Assembly (NCBI GenBank): GCA_051362555.1
Contig: CM120649.1
Coordinates: 14,508,001-14,572,000 of the forward strand
DNA length: 64,000 bases
Direction: 5' to 3'
DNA from: Lingula anatina
Taxonomy: Eukaryota > Animalia > Brachiopoda
The notes under the pieces are model-generated. The model had not been told where the DNA came from, searched no databases, and saw only the letters and a list, made by a program, of their open reading frames with translations. Positions 25,709-38,800 of this stretch are shown here, in pieces. Numbering within the stretch: position 1 is the stretch's first letter; each line of letters begins with the position of its first letter. Position numbers and translations under genes: made by a program.

Positions 25709-26309
25709 GTTTGTGCGAGACACTTTTACTTGTCTTCATAACAGTCTTAATTCTCCTCTCCTCTCTCAAATACAAATGGAATGATGAATTATGCATAAGC
25801 TTACTATAGACAGAATAAATTGTATATCTAGCATGATGATTATTAAAACTAACATTGTCATTTGTTCCTCTTATAACAGTGAACCGCATCTCAATCTTCT
25901 ATCAAAAATAACACTTATTTTCACTCAACCTACTCAACATGTGACCCTTATCTTTCTAACATTTGAAAAATTACCCTTTTTTCCTGTGAGTACTGAGAAA
26001 CCATTCCCCTATCAAGTTAACACTGATGTACATTAGCACAGGGACATCTCTGCCTGTTATGACCGGTCACTAATAATGTATATGGGAGGAAAGTGGTCAC
26101 CACACTGGACACTCACTAAACTGATCATTGAAGGCAAATTACATCTTTAAGATTTTACTTTGATAAAATGAGACTAGTTGACATATTGCATCTTTTAAGA
26201 CAAGTGTTGGTACTTATGAGAGAGAGAGTCATTTGACATAAATCATACTTCTACAAGTTATCAGTGGACCTGGTGCAGATTATATATGTAATTACTGTAC
26301 TGTTTTGAA

Positions 26310-26311
26310 AT

Positions 26312-26350
<39 letters not shown>

Positions 26351-26352
26351 TT
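26310..26352. repeat. (TTTA)n microsatellite
   Basis: Tetranucleotide run. Confidence 0.9.
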
Positions 26353-26740
26353 AAATTTTATGCTTGCCATATTTTATGCCATGCCGATATTGCTTGTTTG
26401 GATCATAAGCATTGAAAACGGAACACTATATGCTTAGATGATTTTGAAATAACCCTTCCTAGGTCTTACACAGATAAACCAATTGTTTGGTTTAGAACAC
26501 AGTAAATATCACACATGCTTGTCATATTTTCACACCAAGTGTGGACACAGACAAAGGCACACGCGGCTTTACCATCTTAATATCTCAAAAGATCTAGGGG
26601 ACATATTATCACAAGAATTGTCAATATTTGAAATGACACCAAAATACAATAGCGTGATCTGCTGCAGAGGTGCAAACAGGGTTAAGACACTTATTGTTAA
26701 CACTCAACAACACTGGACATGGTTACCTAACTGGACAATA

Positions 26741-26788
26741 CTGGACGATATACTTGTCACCTCACTGGATGATATACTTGTCACCTCA
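26741..26788. repeat. 24-bp tandem duplication
   Basis: CTGGACGATATACTTGTCACCTCA followed by CTGGATGATATACTTGTCACCTCA (one C/T difference at a CpG). Confidence 0.9.
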
Positions 26789-29700
26789 GTGGGACGAGTG
26801 TCAAAGCTGAAGTGGTTGAAGGAGTTGGGGAGCTATAGATGTCACTGCTGTCACCTGGGTTTCAAGGGTTACTCTAAGGTGACATATGCACCTTAAGGTG
26901 TTAAGTTAAGGATGCACCTTGTGTTTAATTAATCCCATCTTATATCTGTTACTAGAGTCATGTCGAGTCAAGTTATTTTAACAAATTAGTAAAAACTTTC
27001 ATTTTCCATTAAATTGTCTGAATACATGAGGTCTGATAGACATAATCAAAATTTTCTTGGACCATATGTTATTATTAGGCAAGCATTGAAACTCAGGGTG
27101 TTGCTATGGTATTGCCATGGTTACAGCATAACTGTATTGTTGTCTCTGATATTGTCTCATATCATGACATACTGGTATATTCATATGACAGTCTTATTAA
27201 ATGACCTAGACAGGTGACCTTTCAAGATTGGTTTAATTATGGACATTGTGGTCAAATCCTAACAGCTGGTCAGTTTATTAAACTCCCCATTAACAATACA
27301 AAGGTATATACCATAGATGAATATGTGCGGGATGGGTTATTAGCAAATATATATGACTTTAAATTTAGGATAAATAGGCAAATTAAGTGTTATTATGGAA
27401 ACATGACCTGTATTTAATTCTTGACCTTAAGTTAAGCACTAACATATGATTAGAGTCATTAGATCATAACTGGTATCATCCACATTCTACATATTTACTA
27501 CCTTCTCAAAATGTCAAACTACTACCATTGATAAAATTGCTATATCCATTGTGATGATAAAAAGAACACAATTTAAACCTGTACATGGACTATGTTTTTG
27601 CCACTGGGCAAATTAACCTTCTATTAAAAGCTAAATGCGTGTCCCTGTACTTGTTTAATCCCCATATGATAAATAAAACACTGTCCTTAGTTGTCTTATG
27701 TGCCTTAGGTGAGGTTTTTTCACCTGAATAACTATATATACTGACAGATAAATTGAAACCTTATTCATATCACTATTTGAGGATGAAGTTCATTCCTTTT
27801 CTTAATTTTAAATAAATAAATAGATAATTACCTCAGGCAAATTCTTGTCCTCATAAGTCCTCAGTATTTTCACGTCAGTTCACAGGTTTATCATAAAGTA
27901 TTTGCCTGGAGCATATTTTTGGAAATGTACAAAAGATCCATAAAGGCAGATCATCTCTTTAATTTCCAGTTATTGTGATCACATTAATCCTCTAGAGTGA
28001 AAAACATTTCAAAAATAACTTTGGCCATATTCTGAATTAGGACTTACAATAGACCTCTGCAAGGACATCTTATGCTGGATTCTTCACTATTTTAAAATTA
28101 AACCACTGCAATCAACAGCTTCCCAAATAACTTGCTGTCAAATTCATCAATAATGACCAGTGTGCTTGAAACATGTATTATCAACTCTAACTTTGCAACA
28201 GAAATTTTGACAGGCTCAATCACACACTTGCAATGCTGTCTAAAATATGAATTATCCATGAAGAGGGCCCCCTTTGCCTAGCAATAATGTCAAACTATGT
28301 ACAAATACATATGTGTATCGTGTATCCATATTTGGGAGCACTGTGCACTTCTGAGGGGCCAGGGATAATGTATAATGTAGGCCACAGGTGTCACCCTCAG
28401 TGACAGGGTTGAGTTTTCCACTGTACAAGCTATCTGAAATTCCCATCTGAGTCCAGTGAAGCTGGTAAATGCCTGATTCTTTCAGTCAAACTTCACCACA
28501 TAATCGGGGATATCCCAGTTCGGAACCCCGCGCCAGAAACAAAATCGGAATTATCTCAACTGTTACCTGTTTCTTCCATCTCGGCATTGTGGCATTGCTA
28601 TTGTCATTTGTCACTTTATTTCTTATGGTAATTTTACAAATTTCACACTCGGGGTGACGTTCTCGTGTTGGAGGAAATTACCAGATTGTTTGGGGAATAT
28701 CAAGTGTTGTATTAGGGTTTTGGGTTCCAACTAAACCGGAGTATTTTTAAAAGTTGAATTTTATGCTCAATAAAAGGTAAATGGAAGCAAGTTCCTGTGC
28801 AGTGAAACCTAGTACCGATAATCTCACGACCAGAATTTGTACTAAATACTGCTAGTTTCCACTTTTCTTGTGTGATGTGAAGGAATATCGCCTAAAAAAT
28901 TTTTACTTGCTACAGCTTGTGTTCGTTCACAGAGGTATGAAAAGTTTGCTACCTGCCTTGAAAATATTCATTTCAAATCCATAAGGAACTCTTTCATTTC
29001 AACTTATAATAAACCCAACATGTTTTGGATAAACTTTTCAGTCTTAATTTTGAGATTGTAAAATCTAATGAGGAACAAAACTGTTGATCTGAATAAAATG
29101 CAAGCATCTTTACCATTCCACTAAGGCATTAAGAACTTTGCTCTTCAGTGACTACATTGTAGAAGTACAGTTTTTGTTGAATTATTGATGTGGTCAGTCT
29201 TAACTTGACCTATAGGCATGGTGGTCTAGTCCTACCTTGAGTGTAGTAAAAACTATCCTTTCCTTCACAAGTGTTTGGCTACTCTCGTTGTGCTCCATCT
29301 TGATGCGTTATGAAGCCAATAGCTCATCTACAGCTGTGTTCAAACTGTAGGAACCGGGGGAAACAATTTCTTTAGGACCTGTTTAATTGATCGACAACTT
29401 TTTACAACAACTTTCTTTGTTTCTCGATATTGCTTTTAATGAACGCAGGTGTAAGGCCTCAATGAGCAGAACAATATGGCCCATTTCCAACGCCATCGAT
29501 TCTATTCAAATACTCAATGAGAAGTCGTAGCAGTGTTTAGCCCCTTTTAGATTGGCTAATTTTATGTAAAACGCCTTGGTCGAGACAGAAGAAAAGGGGT
29601 TTGTAAGACGTTATTTTCCTTCTAATGGCAACAATAACAAGTAGCTGTGGAAGGTTCAATGGCCAATTCTATGCAGTTCAGTAGCCCAGACCAAACAGTT

Positions 29701-32378
29701 GTTTACCTATCCAGAGTTATTGCCAAAACTGGTTTGCAGCCGTGCAAAACACCTTAAGAGCCGCAGAAAGAAAGGGTGAAATAATACAGCTATTATAATG
29801 CCACATGATGTTGGTAATAATAATAAACCTTAATCCGAATATAAAGGCTAATCTAAATATTACTACTGACTCGATAACAAACTCCATTTTGTGAAATTCT
29901 TTGGTGTTTTTTGCCGGGTTTTCTGAAAGTTCTGAGACTGTGTAAGGTGGGCGGGCAGCGCTGTATTCACCTGGGCGAGTATTAGTTACACCATGGTTGA
30001 ATGAGGCATGGGAAAACTGTTTGTTTAACTCAAGTGTGCCGGAGTTGCCGCTTTTGACGTGAGCCGCACTTGCAAAGATAAACAAAACTTTTATCAAAAA
30101 TGTTTCAAGGTGTATGTTATGATTTAAATGTCAGATATAACGTATAAATGTCTGTTTTAGACTTTGAAATATTAGGTTCACCATTTACTACATCAAAAAA
30201 ATAATGTTGACTCAAATTGCAGGGAAAAATAAATTAATGTCTGTAAATATCATCTTCCCCATTTTATTTTGATTTTCAATTTCCTTTGTCCAGAATAGAC
30301 TGGGCTGAAGTAATTGCAACTGAAAAAGGAGATGGCAGTTTTCAACTCCATTTGTGCGCAATCCGTGTTCAGTTGATTTACTCCTTGTGTGTTGTTTTAT
30401 TACATTGTTGCTACCAAGTGTTTGTATATCTGGATTAGGGATTTTCTGCAAGTTTGCTTCTCTGTTTTCTCAAATGAATTATAACTAGAAGCAGCATGAG
30501 CAGTTTTACTGTTATGGTTATATGTGTATCCTGTAACGCAGTTCATCTTTTTTTATGTGTATTATTCAAGAATATTTGCCAAAAACATTATTAAGTTTTG
30601 TTTTTAATATCCCATTGGATTATTTTTTTTAAGTGTATACCTGTAGACTACTACAGATTAATCTCAGACTAAATCCCTCTATTATTTATGATTTTTAAAG
30701 CAAAGACTAACTTCTGATTTAAGTACTAGAACTGTCCTCCTAACCTGACCTGAAGTGATATATTGTGACAGCCCCCCTCCCCCCCCCTCCCCCCCCCCCC
30801 CCCCCGCCATTCTCTCCCCCACGGCCCCACCTGTTCCCTAAGGTAATCCCATTAATCCAGTCTACCTCCCCCGTGTTGGTCTTATCAGCCTAATTTACCC
30901 GTAGTATTATCAGGATCCCATGGCACACTTATATACTTATACCTGTTAAATAAATACATTAACGGATGTTGTTATTCTTACTAATACCACTTATAATTTC
31001 TACAAATATGAACATGTGGTTAGGGGGCATTTTGACATAGGTGGACTTTGCCAGGTTTCAGTGGAAGACCTATGAAAATTTGAAGTTGGAGGGAGGGCCT
31101 TAACTTAAATGTAGGGCTCTACTTTTATTTTGTCCATCTTGCCACTCTGTTTTAAGCAAAGGGATAAAATTATATACCAGTTTCTGCATGAGAAAGTGTA
31201 GAATGGAAATAGGTGTATGAAAAAGTCATGAGTTTGAAAAAAAATCATTGTTGCTAGGTTTTCATCACTCCACTTGCATACTTTGTGACTACTTCTGTAT
31301 GATGGCTAAATAATTCAAATAATTCAATTTTACACCAAGACAATTGAACCCTGGATGTATTTGTGGCAGGAATTGATTCTATTTCAAGCCAAGACTCTTT
31401 CTCCACTACACAAACGCTAGTGTTACAGTGCAAAGATGAATCGCTGTGGTCTTCTTGACATTGTGCTCGAAATAAAAAGAGTAGCTCAAGGTTTATTGGT
31501 ATTGAGCATTCTTATGGACACGATTGTTCCTCATCCAGGCAATGAACTGAGTTTGATCTGTCATTTGTGACTGAGAGGTCGACACAGGTGATGTTGTCTT
31601 TAAGAGCATCCAGCGTCTCTCTGATATTCTGTGTGAAGGCAGCTGAAGAGTTAGCGTCTGCCTTTGTCGTTGTTCAGAATTGGAGAAAAGCTTTGTTAAG
31701 AGATGATATGTTTGTGTTTGATTTGTTTGCTTGTTTTGTTGAATATATGTATGATATTTGTCTTTCGGTTGTTTGTAGGAGTTGATGGATATTTATGTGG
31801 TTTTTGTGAGTTTAGCGTCCTGTCAGTGTGTGATGCTAGCAAGTCAGACTGTCAGACTGTTTTGTAACCTGTGTATTCCTGATAGTTAAAGCCAGCACTA
31901 GTGGATTGTTTTTTTTTCTCATATAAGATTTAAAATGTATTTTCTTAACACTGAATGTCATTAATTGTTGGTATTAAAAATAGCATTATAGATAGGTAGA
32001 TGAAATAAAAATAAATGAAAATCAATAAATGCATCGTTAGTTAGACTTTGCATATAGATATATCGAAAAAGTGTTTTAATTAGGTAGGGTGCTATTTCTT
32101 CTCAAATTATATAGCTACTAAATGCTTAATTTTTCTGCCCAAAAAGCTACTTTTTATTTTTATTTTGGAGCAATTTTCACTCTGATGTACAACACCACCA
32201 GCCACGCCTTCCATCATATATCAGATACGTTTGCTTAACATCAAGTACTGCACAAATGTTTGAGGCCATATTTCACACGTCTTATCAGCTAGCCAAGGTG
32301 TCATTGATAACTTTGTGTTATGTCATATTACCTCAGTACTCGTTAGCAGGTCCCTGTGCTGGGTTGCCTTGGGAATTA

Positions 32379-32881
32379 GAGCACATTCAGAGCAGCAGAC
32401 TAAGATCACATTTACAACGAGTTGAGCCAGGCTTTACAAATCCTGGGACTAAATATGGCGGACGTACATGAAAGAAAAACCGCCTAATCTTTTAATAGTC
32501 TCCCCGCCTCACACACCTCCCCATGTGTCATCCCAATGGAGCCGAGATTTAATGACTGCCCCCCCCCCCCCCCCCCCCCCCGCAGGGATGACGTGTGGGG
32601 AGGCGTGTGAGAGGCGGAGAGACTATTAAAAGATTAGGATGTTTTTCTTTCATGTACGACTGCCATATTTAGTCCCCAGGATTTGTAAAGCCTGGCTCAA
32701 CTCGTTGTGAATGCGATCTAACAGATCCGTGGATCAAATATGGCTGACCCACTTGAATGCCCGTTGGGTAATCCCTACAGGAATCATGTTCATTGTCTAA
32801 CTGAGAATTAAGTGACAAGCTTTTGGATGGGTCGCCATATTTGATCCGTGGATCTGTTAGTCCGCCGTTCTGAATGTGCTC
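32379..32881. mobile_element. Tourist-like (PIF/Harbinger-type) MITE A, ~185 bp without the nested insert, TTA TSD
   Basis: Ends GAGCACATTCAGA...TCTGAATGTGCTC flanked by TTA (32376-32378 and 32882-32884). ~55-bp TIR: left arm 32379-32403 plus 32722-32751 (split by MITE B), right arm 32828-32881. A 3-bp TWA TSD is typical of PIF/Harbinger. Confidence 0.85.
32404..32718. mobile_element. Tourist-like MITE B (315 bp, almost fully palindromic) nested in the left TIR of MITE A, TAA TSD
   Basis: Ends GATCACATTTACAACGAGTTGAGCCAGG...CCTGGCTCAACTCGTTGTGAATGCGATC. Arms 32404-32534 and 32585-32718, loop with poly-C. TAA duplicated at 32401-32403 and 32719-32721. Confidence 0.9.
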
Positions 32882-35219
32882 TTAGTCTGATGTTGAACTG
32901 TTGATTTGGTATTGGAGAAATAATGATCATGGTGTATTGCTCAGCGTGTGCAATAACAGTCTAATTGGAGTGTGTCTGTGTGGAATTGCAATATTAATTT
33001 GCTAATACACCCCCCACCCCCCACCCCGAGAAAAAATAATACTGATTAATTACTAAGCAAAAGGAAAATTTATTTTTGAAAAAACAAAATTGCCCAGGAG
33101 CTGAGAATGTGACAAAAAGCAAACAGGAAGGAAAAAATCCAATTCAGTTCAGTTTCAGTTAAATCCAAAACAAAGTCTTGGAAAAATTCAGTAACATATA
33201 TGAAATATGCATACAGAATGGCCACCGTTCTCTTTGAATCATTTTCTGCTCTCATAATAAACAAGTCAATGTAAGACCAGTCATCAGACAAGATGGCTTG
33301 CCCACAATTGTGGTATAGATTAAGACGGATGTATGTGATACAGTTCTTGTCTCCTTTCCATTGTTCTGTGTCTAAAGATTGTTGCATGCCGAGGAATTTT
33401 TGCAAATCGTAGGAGAGAGAAAATTTTTTTATTGATTTTACCTGAAGTTTATTAATTGCAAACAAAAGGCAGTTTTCTTAGGTATTGTAGTGAGGTATTT
33501 CATAGGATAAAGATAGAATTCAACCCGCTTTGATTTCATCGAAATGTTATTTGTGGAGTCAGTTTAATGTCACAATGATGGCAGAAGTCACACAAGAATA
33601 TGACAAAAATAGCACTTGTTTTAAACTGTTGTCAGTTTATAGTACAAAAGCTACCTTATTGTAGGTGGGGAAGGTCGGGTGACTTGCCCTTCCCCCACTA
33701 CCGTTTTTTTCCTTTTGCAAAGATTTGCTGAGCAAACTTGCTTGGCTAAATTAGACCAAATATGTCCTTTCATTACATAAAACTAACTCTGACTTACCTT
33801 ACTTACCAGAAAAAGATGTTCACTTTCAGAATTGAGAATAAATGAGCCTAGTTTGCATTAAGTACACAGAAGACAGTAATTCTTACTGCAAGAGATTCAT
33901 GAATAATGCTCTTCACCTGTATTCTGACTCCATTATTCATGCTGTAATTATATACAAACAGAGGTGCCTTGATGCCATTACACTGTTGCTGGACTTTGTT
34001 TTAACCTAATTTGGACATACCGGTAGGTAGAACCCAATTTTTTTCGGTTATGACCAGTGGTATTGGTTGAGACCCAATTATGTTATGAATTTTTCACCCT
34101 CAGCTGTGGCTGTGCTACTACTTATAGAGGCTGTTTCTAGTAATTTTAGCACTAGATACTTGCATGTTTATACAAATTCTAATTTCTCTCTCTATGGACA
34201 CAATAAGTCGAAAATGTATGTGACAATTAAAGTATTTCTGTTGCCACAAACACTTTTTTCGGTATTATTTTTGCAGCATTGTTATGAAATTAATATTGTA
34301 TATGTTGTATCACTGAATAAATGTTATCATAAAACCAAAACTAAAGCATGTAAAAGTAAAATGGGTTTGGTTTTTTTGTCCTCAATAGAGAAAAAACCTA
34401 TATAGAACCTCAACACATACAAAAGCATGCTATGTAACTATGTTATGAGAAATGGGATAATTAGTTGGGTCATGTTCCTACTACAAAAAAAGAAGGAAGA
34501 AAAAACTAGAACCCGTCACGAAGCAATCAGTAACCATGATAAAAACATTTAATTGGATTGCTGTGTTTTGTGTGCCAGAGCGTCATTTCACCTGCTTGCT
34601 ACTTCACGTTGCCATGACGATATGCTTAGCGTGGTGCGTGCAGCTTCTTATTTCTGAGGAAATTGAAATACATGAGATTTCTGTTGTCATGTGGTTGTGT
34701 GGTTGGTTCTACGGACTGCCGAGAAAAATAATTTACTTCACAGAACAGGTTTACACTCACTTTATGGTGAATAAAATGTGAAGACATTATTGTTTTCGTC
34801 ATTACCAATGAAATAAAACATATTACTCAAAGGATATATATGCCATTTAGCATTTACATTCATATACACCTGCATGTTATATATGGTAAAATGTGTGAAG
34901 TTGTAAATTTAATGTTAATGAATGGCAGCAACAAAAGCGCACCTGATGATATGGAAGTCTGTCCCTAACCTCACTGGCACTTACAGAGGAAGAGTTTCAG
35001 AACAATTTTCGTTTATTTTTTGTCAAATTTCCATGTTTTTACATTTATATGTGGATTTTAAGCTAATATGTAACATCCCAACTATACAATCTCCACAACA
35101 TTTCTGATACTGTAGTGCTAACCTAAGGCTTGAAAAAAATATTTGATGGGCATTTTTCACCTACCTATACAGGTGGCTTGGCAGCAGTCCTCAGATAATA
35201 GCTTTATACTTGTACTATT

Positions 35220-35328
35220 TTTAAGTCCTAGTCTCACTTTAAGTCATTGTATTAATCCGTTGCGATACCTAGACTGTACAGACTTAACTGATTGCACATT
35301 TTAAATCCGCTTGTTCTGAAACTGAGCC
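35220..35328. mobile_element. Possible remnant of a Harbinger-type MITE (one end only)
   Basis: TTAAGTCCTAGTC / CTAGAC...GACTTAA internal inverted motifs and a terminus-like CTGAAACTGAGCC. No matching left end seen. Confidence 0.25.
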
Positions 35329-35644
35329 TAGTCTGTTGTCAGCCTTACAAGCTTGGTTCTGATTGGCTGAAAATTATTGCCAATTGAACTGCATAGATCC
35401 CGTCATCTGATCTGCCGTGTGTTTTGTGTATTTTCAGTGAATGAATTGTTGAGTGTCTGTTATTGTACAATATAAGCTGGCAAAGGTGTCATTCTATTGA
35501 TTTGTTTTCATTTGTATTGCTACATCTTTTCTAAACTGAAACATCTCGAGTTGGATACATTCGGCTTGCATGCATCTGTCCTCATGTAGCATACTTATGC
35601 AAATGTGAATAAAATGACAGGGTATAACTTAAACATGTATATAT

Positions 35645-35813
35645 CAGGGGCGGATCCAGAGATATTTTCTGACAGTCTTCCACATTATCTTTGTTGATCC
35701 CTCCTCCATTTTTTTACCGTCTTCCGACAGAAAAAATTAGATACCCGTCAATGTAAACTTGAAAATCTGACCGTCTTCCGGAAGACCCAGAAGACGGCCT
35801 AAATCCGCCCCTG
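35645..35813. mobile_element. 169-bp MITE with CAGGGGCGGAT termini in a TA-rich target
   Basis: CAGGGGCGGATCCAG (35645) and CCTAAATCCGCCCCTG (ending 35813) give an 11-bp perfect TIR. TATAT flanks both sides (35640-35644 and 35814-35818). Internal (C/A)GTCTTCC motifs recur, with GAAGAC inverse copies. Confidence 0.85.
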
Positions 35814-38800
35814 TATATAACCAATTAATATATCACAAATTAAAAAAAAGGTATGAAACTTACTTGGCCTTAATCACAATCCTATAGTTATAATTCAGGA
35901 TCACCAACTGCCTATTGTCATACATGTGAGGTGTATGCATGTACTTGCTACAGACTAAATTATATAGCCATATCCTGAACTAGAACTATTTTTCAATGGA
36001 AGTGACTCCATGTTCACCCTGGAGGCTTACATGGCCATACTTAGCATGGAATGATTATTTCCTTTAGGCTAAGACCCCCAGTGTTGGTAGATGTGATTTG
36101 CTTGATGGGCGTTGAATGTGTAGAATTCCATGTGATTTTTCAATGAAATTGAGTTCATGTGACATATATAGGAGACTGAATGATTTAATCCCAGGATTGC
36201 AGGTGTGATTTCATTAGCATTTATATTGTTTTAGCTCTGTTTTATTGAAACATTAACTGTTGTATGTAATATGCTGTTGACTAACTTAGAGCACCAAGAT
36301 TTATTTAAATCAATTTCATTTTGAAGAAAAAATAAAGAAATACACAATGATTCAGTTTACTCCTTTAAATTGAATATGTACAATTTCTATTTGAAATAAG
36401 TCCCTTTTTAAGTGTAGAAAAGATATTTTTCTCCCTTACAAGCAAGTATTGTAGGGGGAGGAATGTGTTATCACTACAGATACCACAGGTGAACATAGAC
36501 ATCATCATTTCACAGTAAAATCAATCTAAACATCACATCAAGGCTTCTTTATGGGCAGATTCCGCAGCAATCATAAAGCAATCCTCTCTATTATCAGAGG
36601 CAGAAATGTGAAAAATCCTCATAAAAAAAAAAAGAATCGTGATTTTGTTATTATAAGTGCATTATACTACCACTTATGCCACCCTTTGCTGCCATCAGTT
36701 GAAGTTTTACAGTGATGGTCAACATATATATCAGTATCACCATATTTTCACAGAAGTATATCACTTAGTTTGTAAATTTTAGATCATTTTGTTACCAAAA
36801 TTATATTTTAGGTTCTTGTTGAAATAATATTTATTTATCTGTGAAGATGAAATTCATGTCAGTAAACAAACTGATGTTGCCTTTTACACCGGCGAGGAGG
36901 TTTTAATGTACTAGTACTAAAATACCTATCTGTTTACCATATTACAAACCAAAACAAATGAAAAATTAACACTTCCTTTTGTATGCAGATCACTTATAGA
37001 GTGCAAGCAGGTACGCCAAAGATAAAAGAGATCTTCCATAACTTCAGGCACAATTTAAGTGCTGATGGAGTATAAAAATGATACACATTACTTCTGAGTC
37101 GAAGATGAAAGAAAAGGATCTTCCTCACTTGTGAAAATTTCCTGATTATCTTTTACAGATCCATTTAGGGGCCCCATTAGTACTATTACACAAAACTGAA
37201 TGGATATCTAATGCACAGTTATCACTACACTGATGCAGGCCTGTGAACATCAATACTTGACCATGTAAATGAGTTAATATTCTCATTATAGTGTGACTGG
37301 AGCTATAGTATTTGTTATGAGTTTGAAATATTGACTCTGTCAAGAACACCTCTAGCTGACGTGAGGAGATGCATGTTCAGGTGTTACGAGAGCGTGCGGA
37401 TGCATGAGAGGACCCCTAACTATAAATTCAGGTGTTTCACACCTGGTGTGGGTGAATAAGGTGGACATGTTTGATGACCTTTGATTGTTTCCTATCTGAT
37501 ACATTTTGTAGCTTAAACTTTTTATTCACGTATGATTTATTCTTTGAATAAGAATCATCTATTTCAAAGCAAAAAAAAAAACATCAACAAACATCTTATT
37601 TTGTGGGTTTTATGCTTCATTATGCTGGGTTTAAATATTGGTTGCCTGTATAAATGCGATTCTGACATATTATTTTCAAAAAATGAAACATCCTTTAATG
37701 TTTCATTGATTAGGATTTCTGTGGAAAAAAGGCTTTATCTGATGATTTCTTGGTCAAATAAGCACCTTCTAGTGTTGATGACAAATATTAGACGCAAGTC
37801 AGAAAACAAAAGAAACATTTGTGTCATAGCTCAAGCCTCTATTACAAGTGAGTCAAATGAGAGAGTTGGGATTATCATGAGAGATGATCCCATAGATAAT
37901 CCCGTGAATATCTGGGCCCCTAGGCTGATTCACTTTAACTCATCTTTGGATTAATTCGACATCATTTTGTCTCCATAAAGACCCTTTTTAACCCAGACAT
38001 TGGTAAATTAAAAAAAAAAATTACAATTTGATTTTTTTTTTCATTTTTTAAACCAAAGTTAAAAATGTACTTATTTTGGTGAGAATTTTTCAAGCTATTT
38101 CATGGTGACATCTATGCACGTCTGTAGCCAGGCACTGTATTTTAAATCAGATAAAGTTAAACACCACTTGGCTTCTGATTTTCGGATAAAACGTGATGAT
38201 TTTGAAGATAATGTCACATTTTTACAGGCATAAGCATGAAATGGCAGACAGTACACCGCACTGTCATGGCAGTGTTATCTTGATTGTGCATATGCAGGGG
38301 GCGTGGGGGAGTTTGGGGTCTATAATTTGGGGGTGTGGAAAGGACGACAGTGACTTCTACTATGCCCTTGCCCTCCCACTGTGTTCGTAGATTTCTTTTG
38401 CCTCCTCCATTTTGACTGAATTTGGACAAAAAAATGCCCCAGAATGCCCTAATATTCTTGATTTAACAAGTTAAGCTAAGGATAAGAGGACAAGTTTAAA
38501 ATAAAACTTTTCCTTAAAGAAAATAAAGTGATATGCCAGTTATTATCCTTTCTTAATATAAAAAGTCTTGGATTTGAAAAAGAACGACAACTTGGTGGCA
38601 AATTTTAAATATTTTAACTCAGGGTACATCTGTTTTCATTACTTTTTAAAGAAATGTAGAATCACCTGCAATATATAGAATCAATATGTAAGCCATTTTC
38701 TGGAGAACTTTAAAAGATGAGAGAAAATTAGTTAATTAACTTTTTAAAAGGATTGCTGAATGAGCAAAGCGGCATCTTTAGGTGCCTGTTTTTCCCTATT

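Noticed and set aside
26483-26896. 137-aa ORF with repeated LDDILVTS
   Set aside because: The peptide repeat is simply the 24-bp tandem duplication; TTG start and no domain.
31490-31700. Stop-free frames of ~55-70 codons on both strands
   Set aside because: No clear splice sites or recognisable motif; within chance expectation for a locally GC-richer block.
29661-35400. TCTATGCAGTTCA (~29668) and TGAACTGCATAGA (~35385) as TIRs of a 5.7-kb element
   Set aside because: Only 13 bp match, with no TSD and no transposase remnant recognisable between them.
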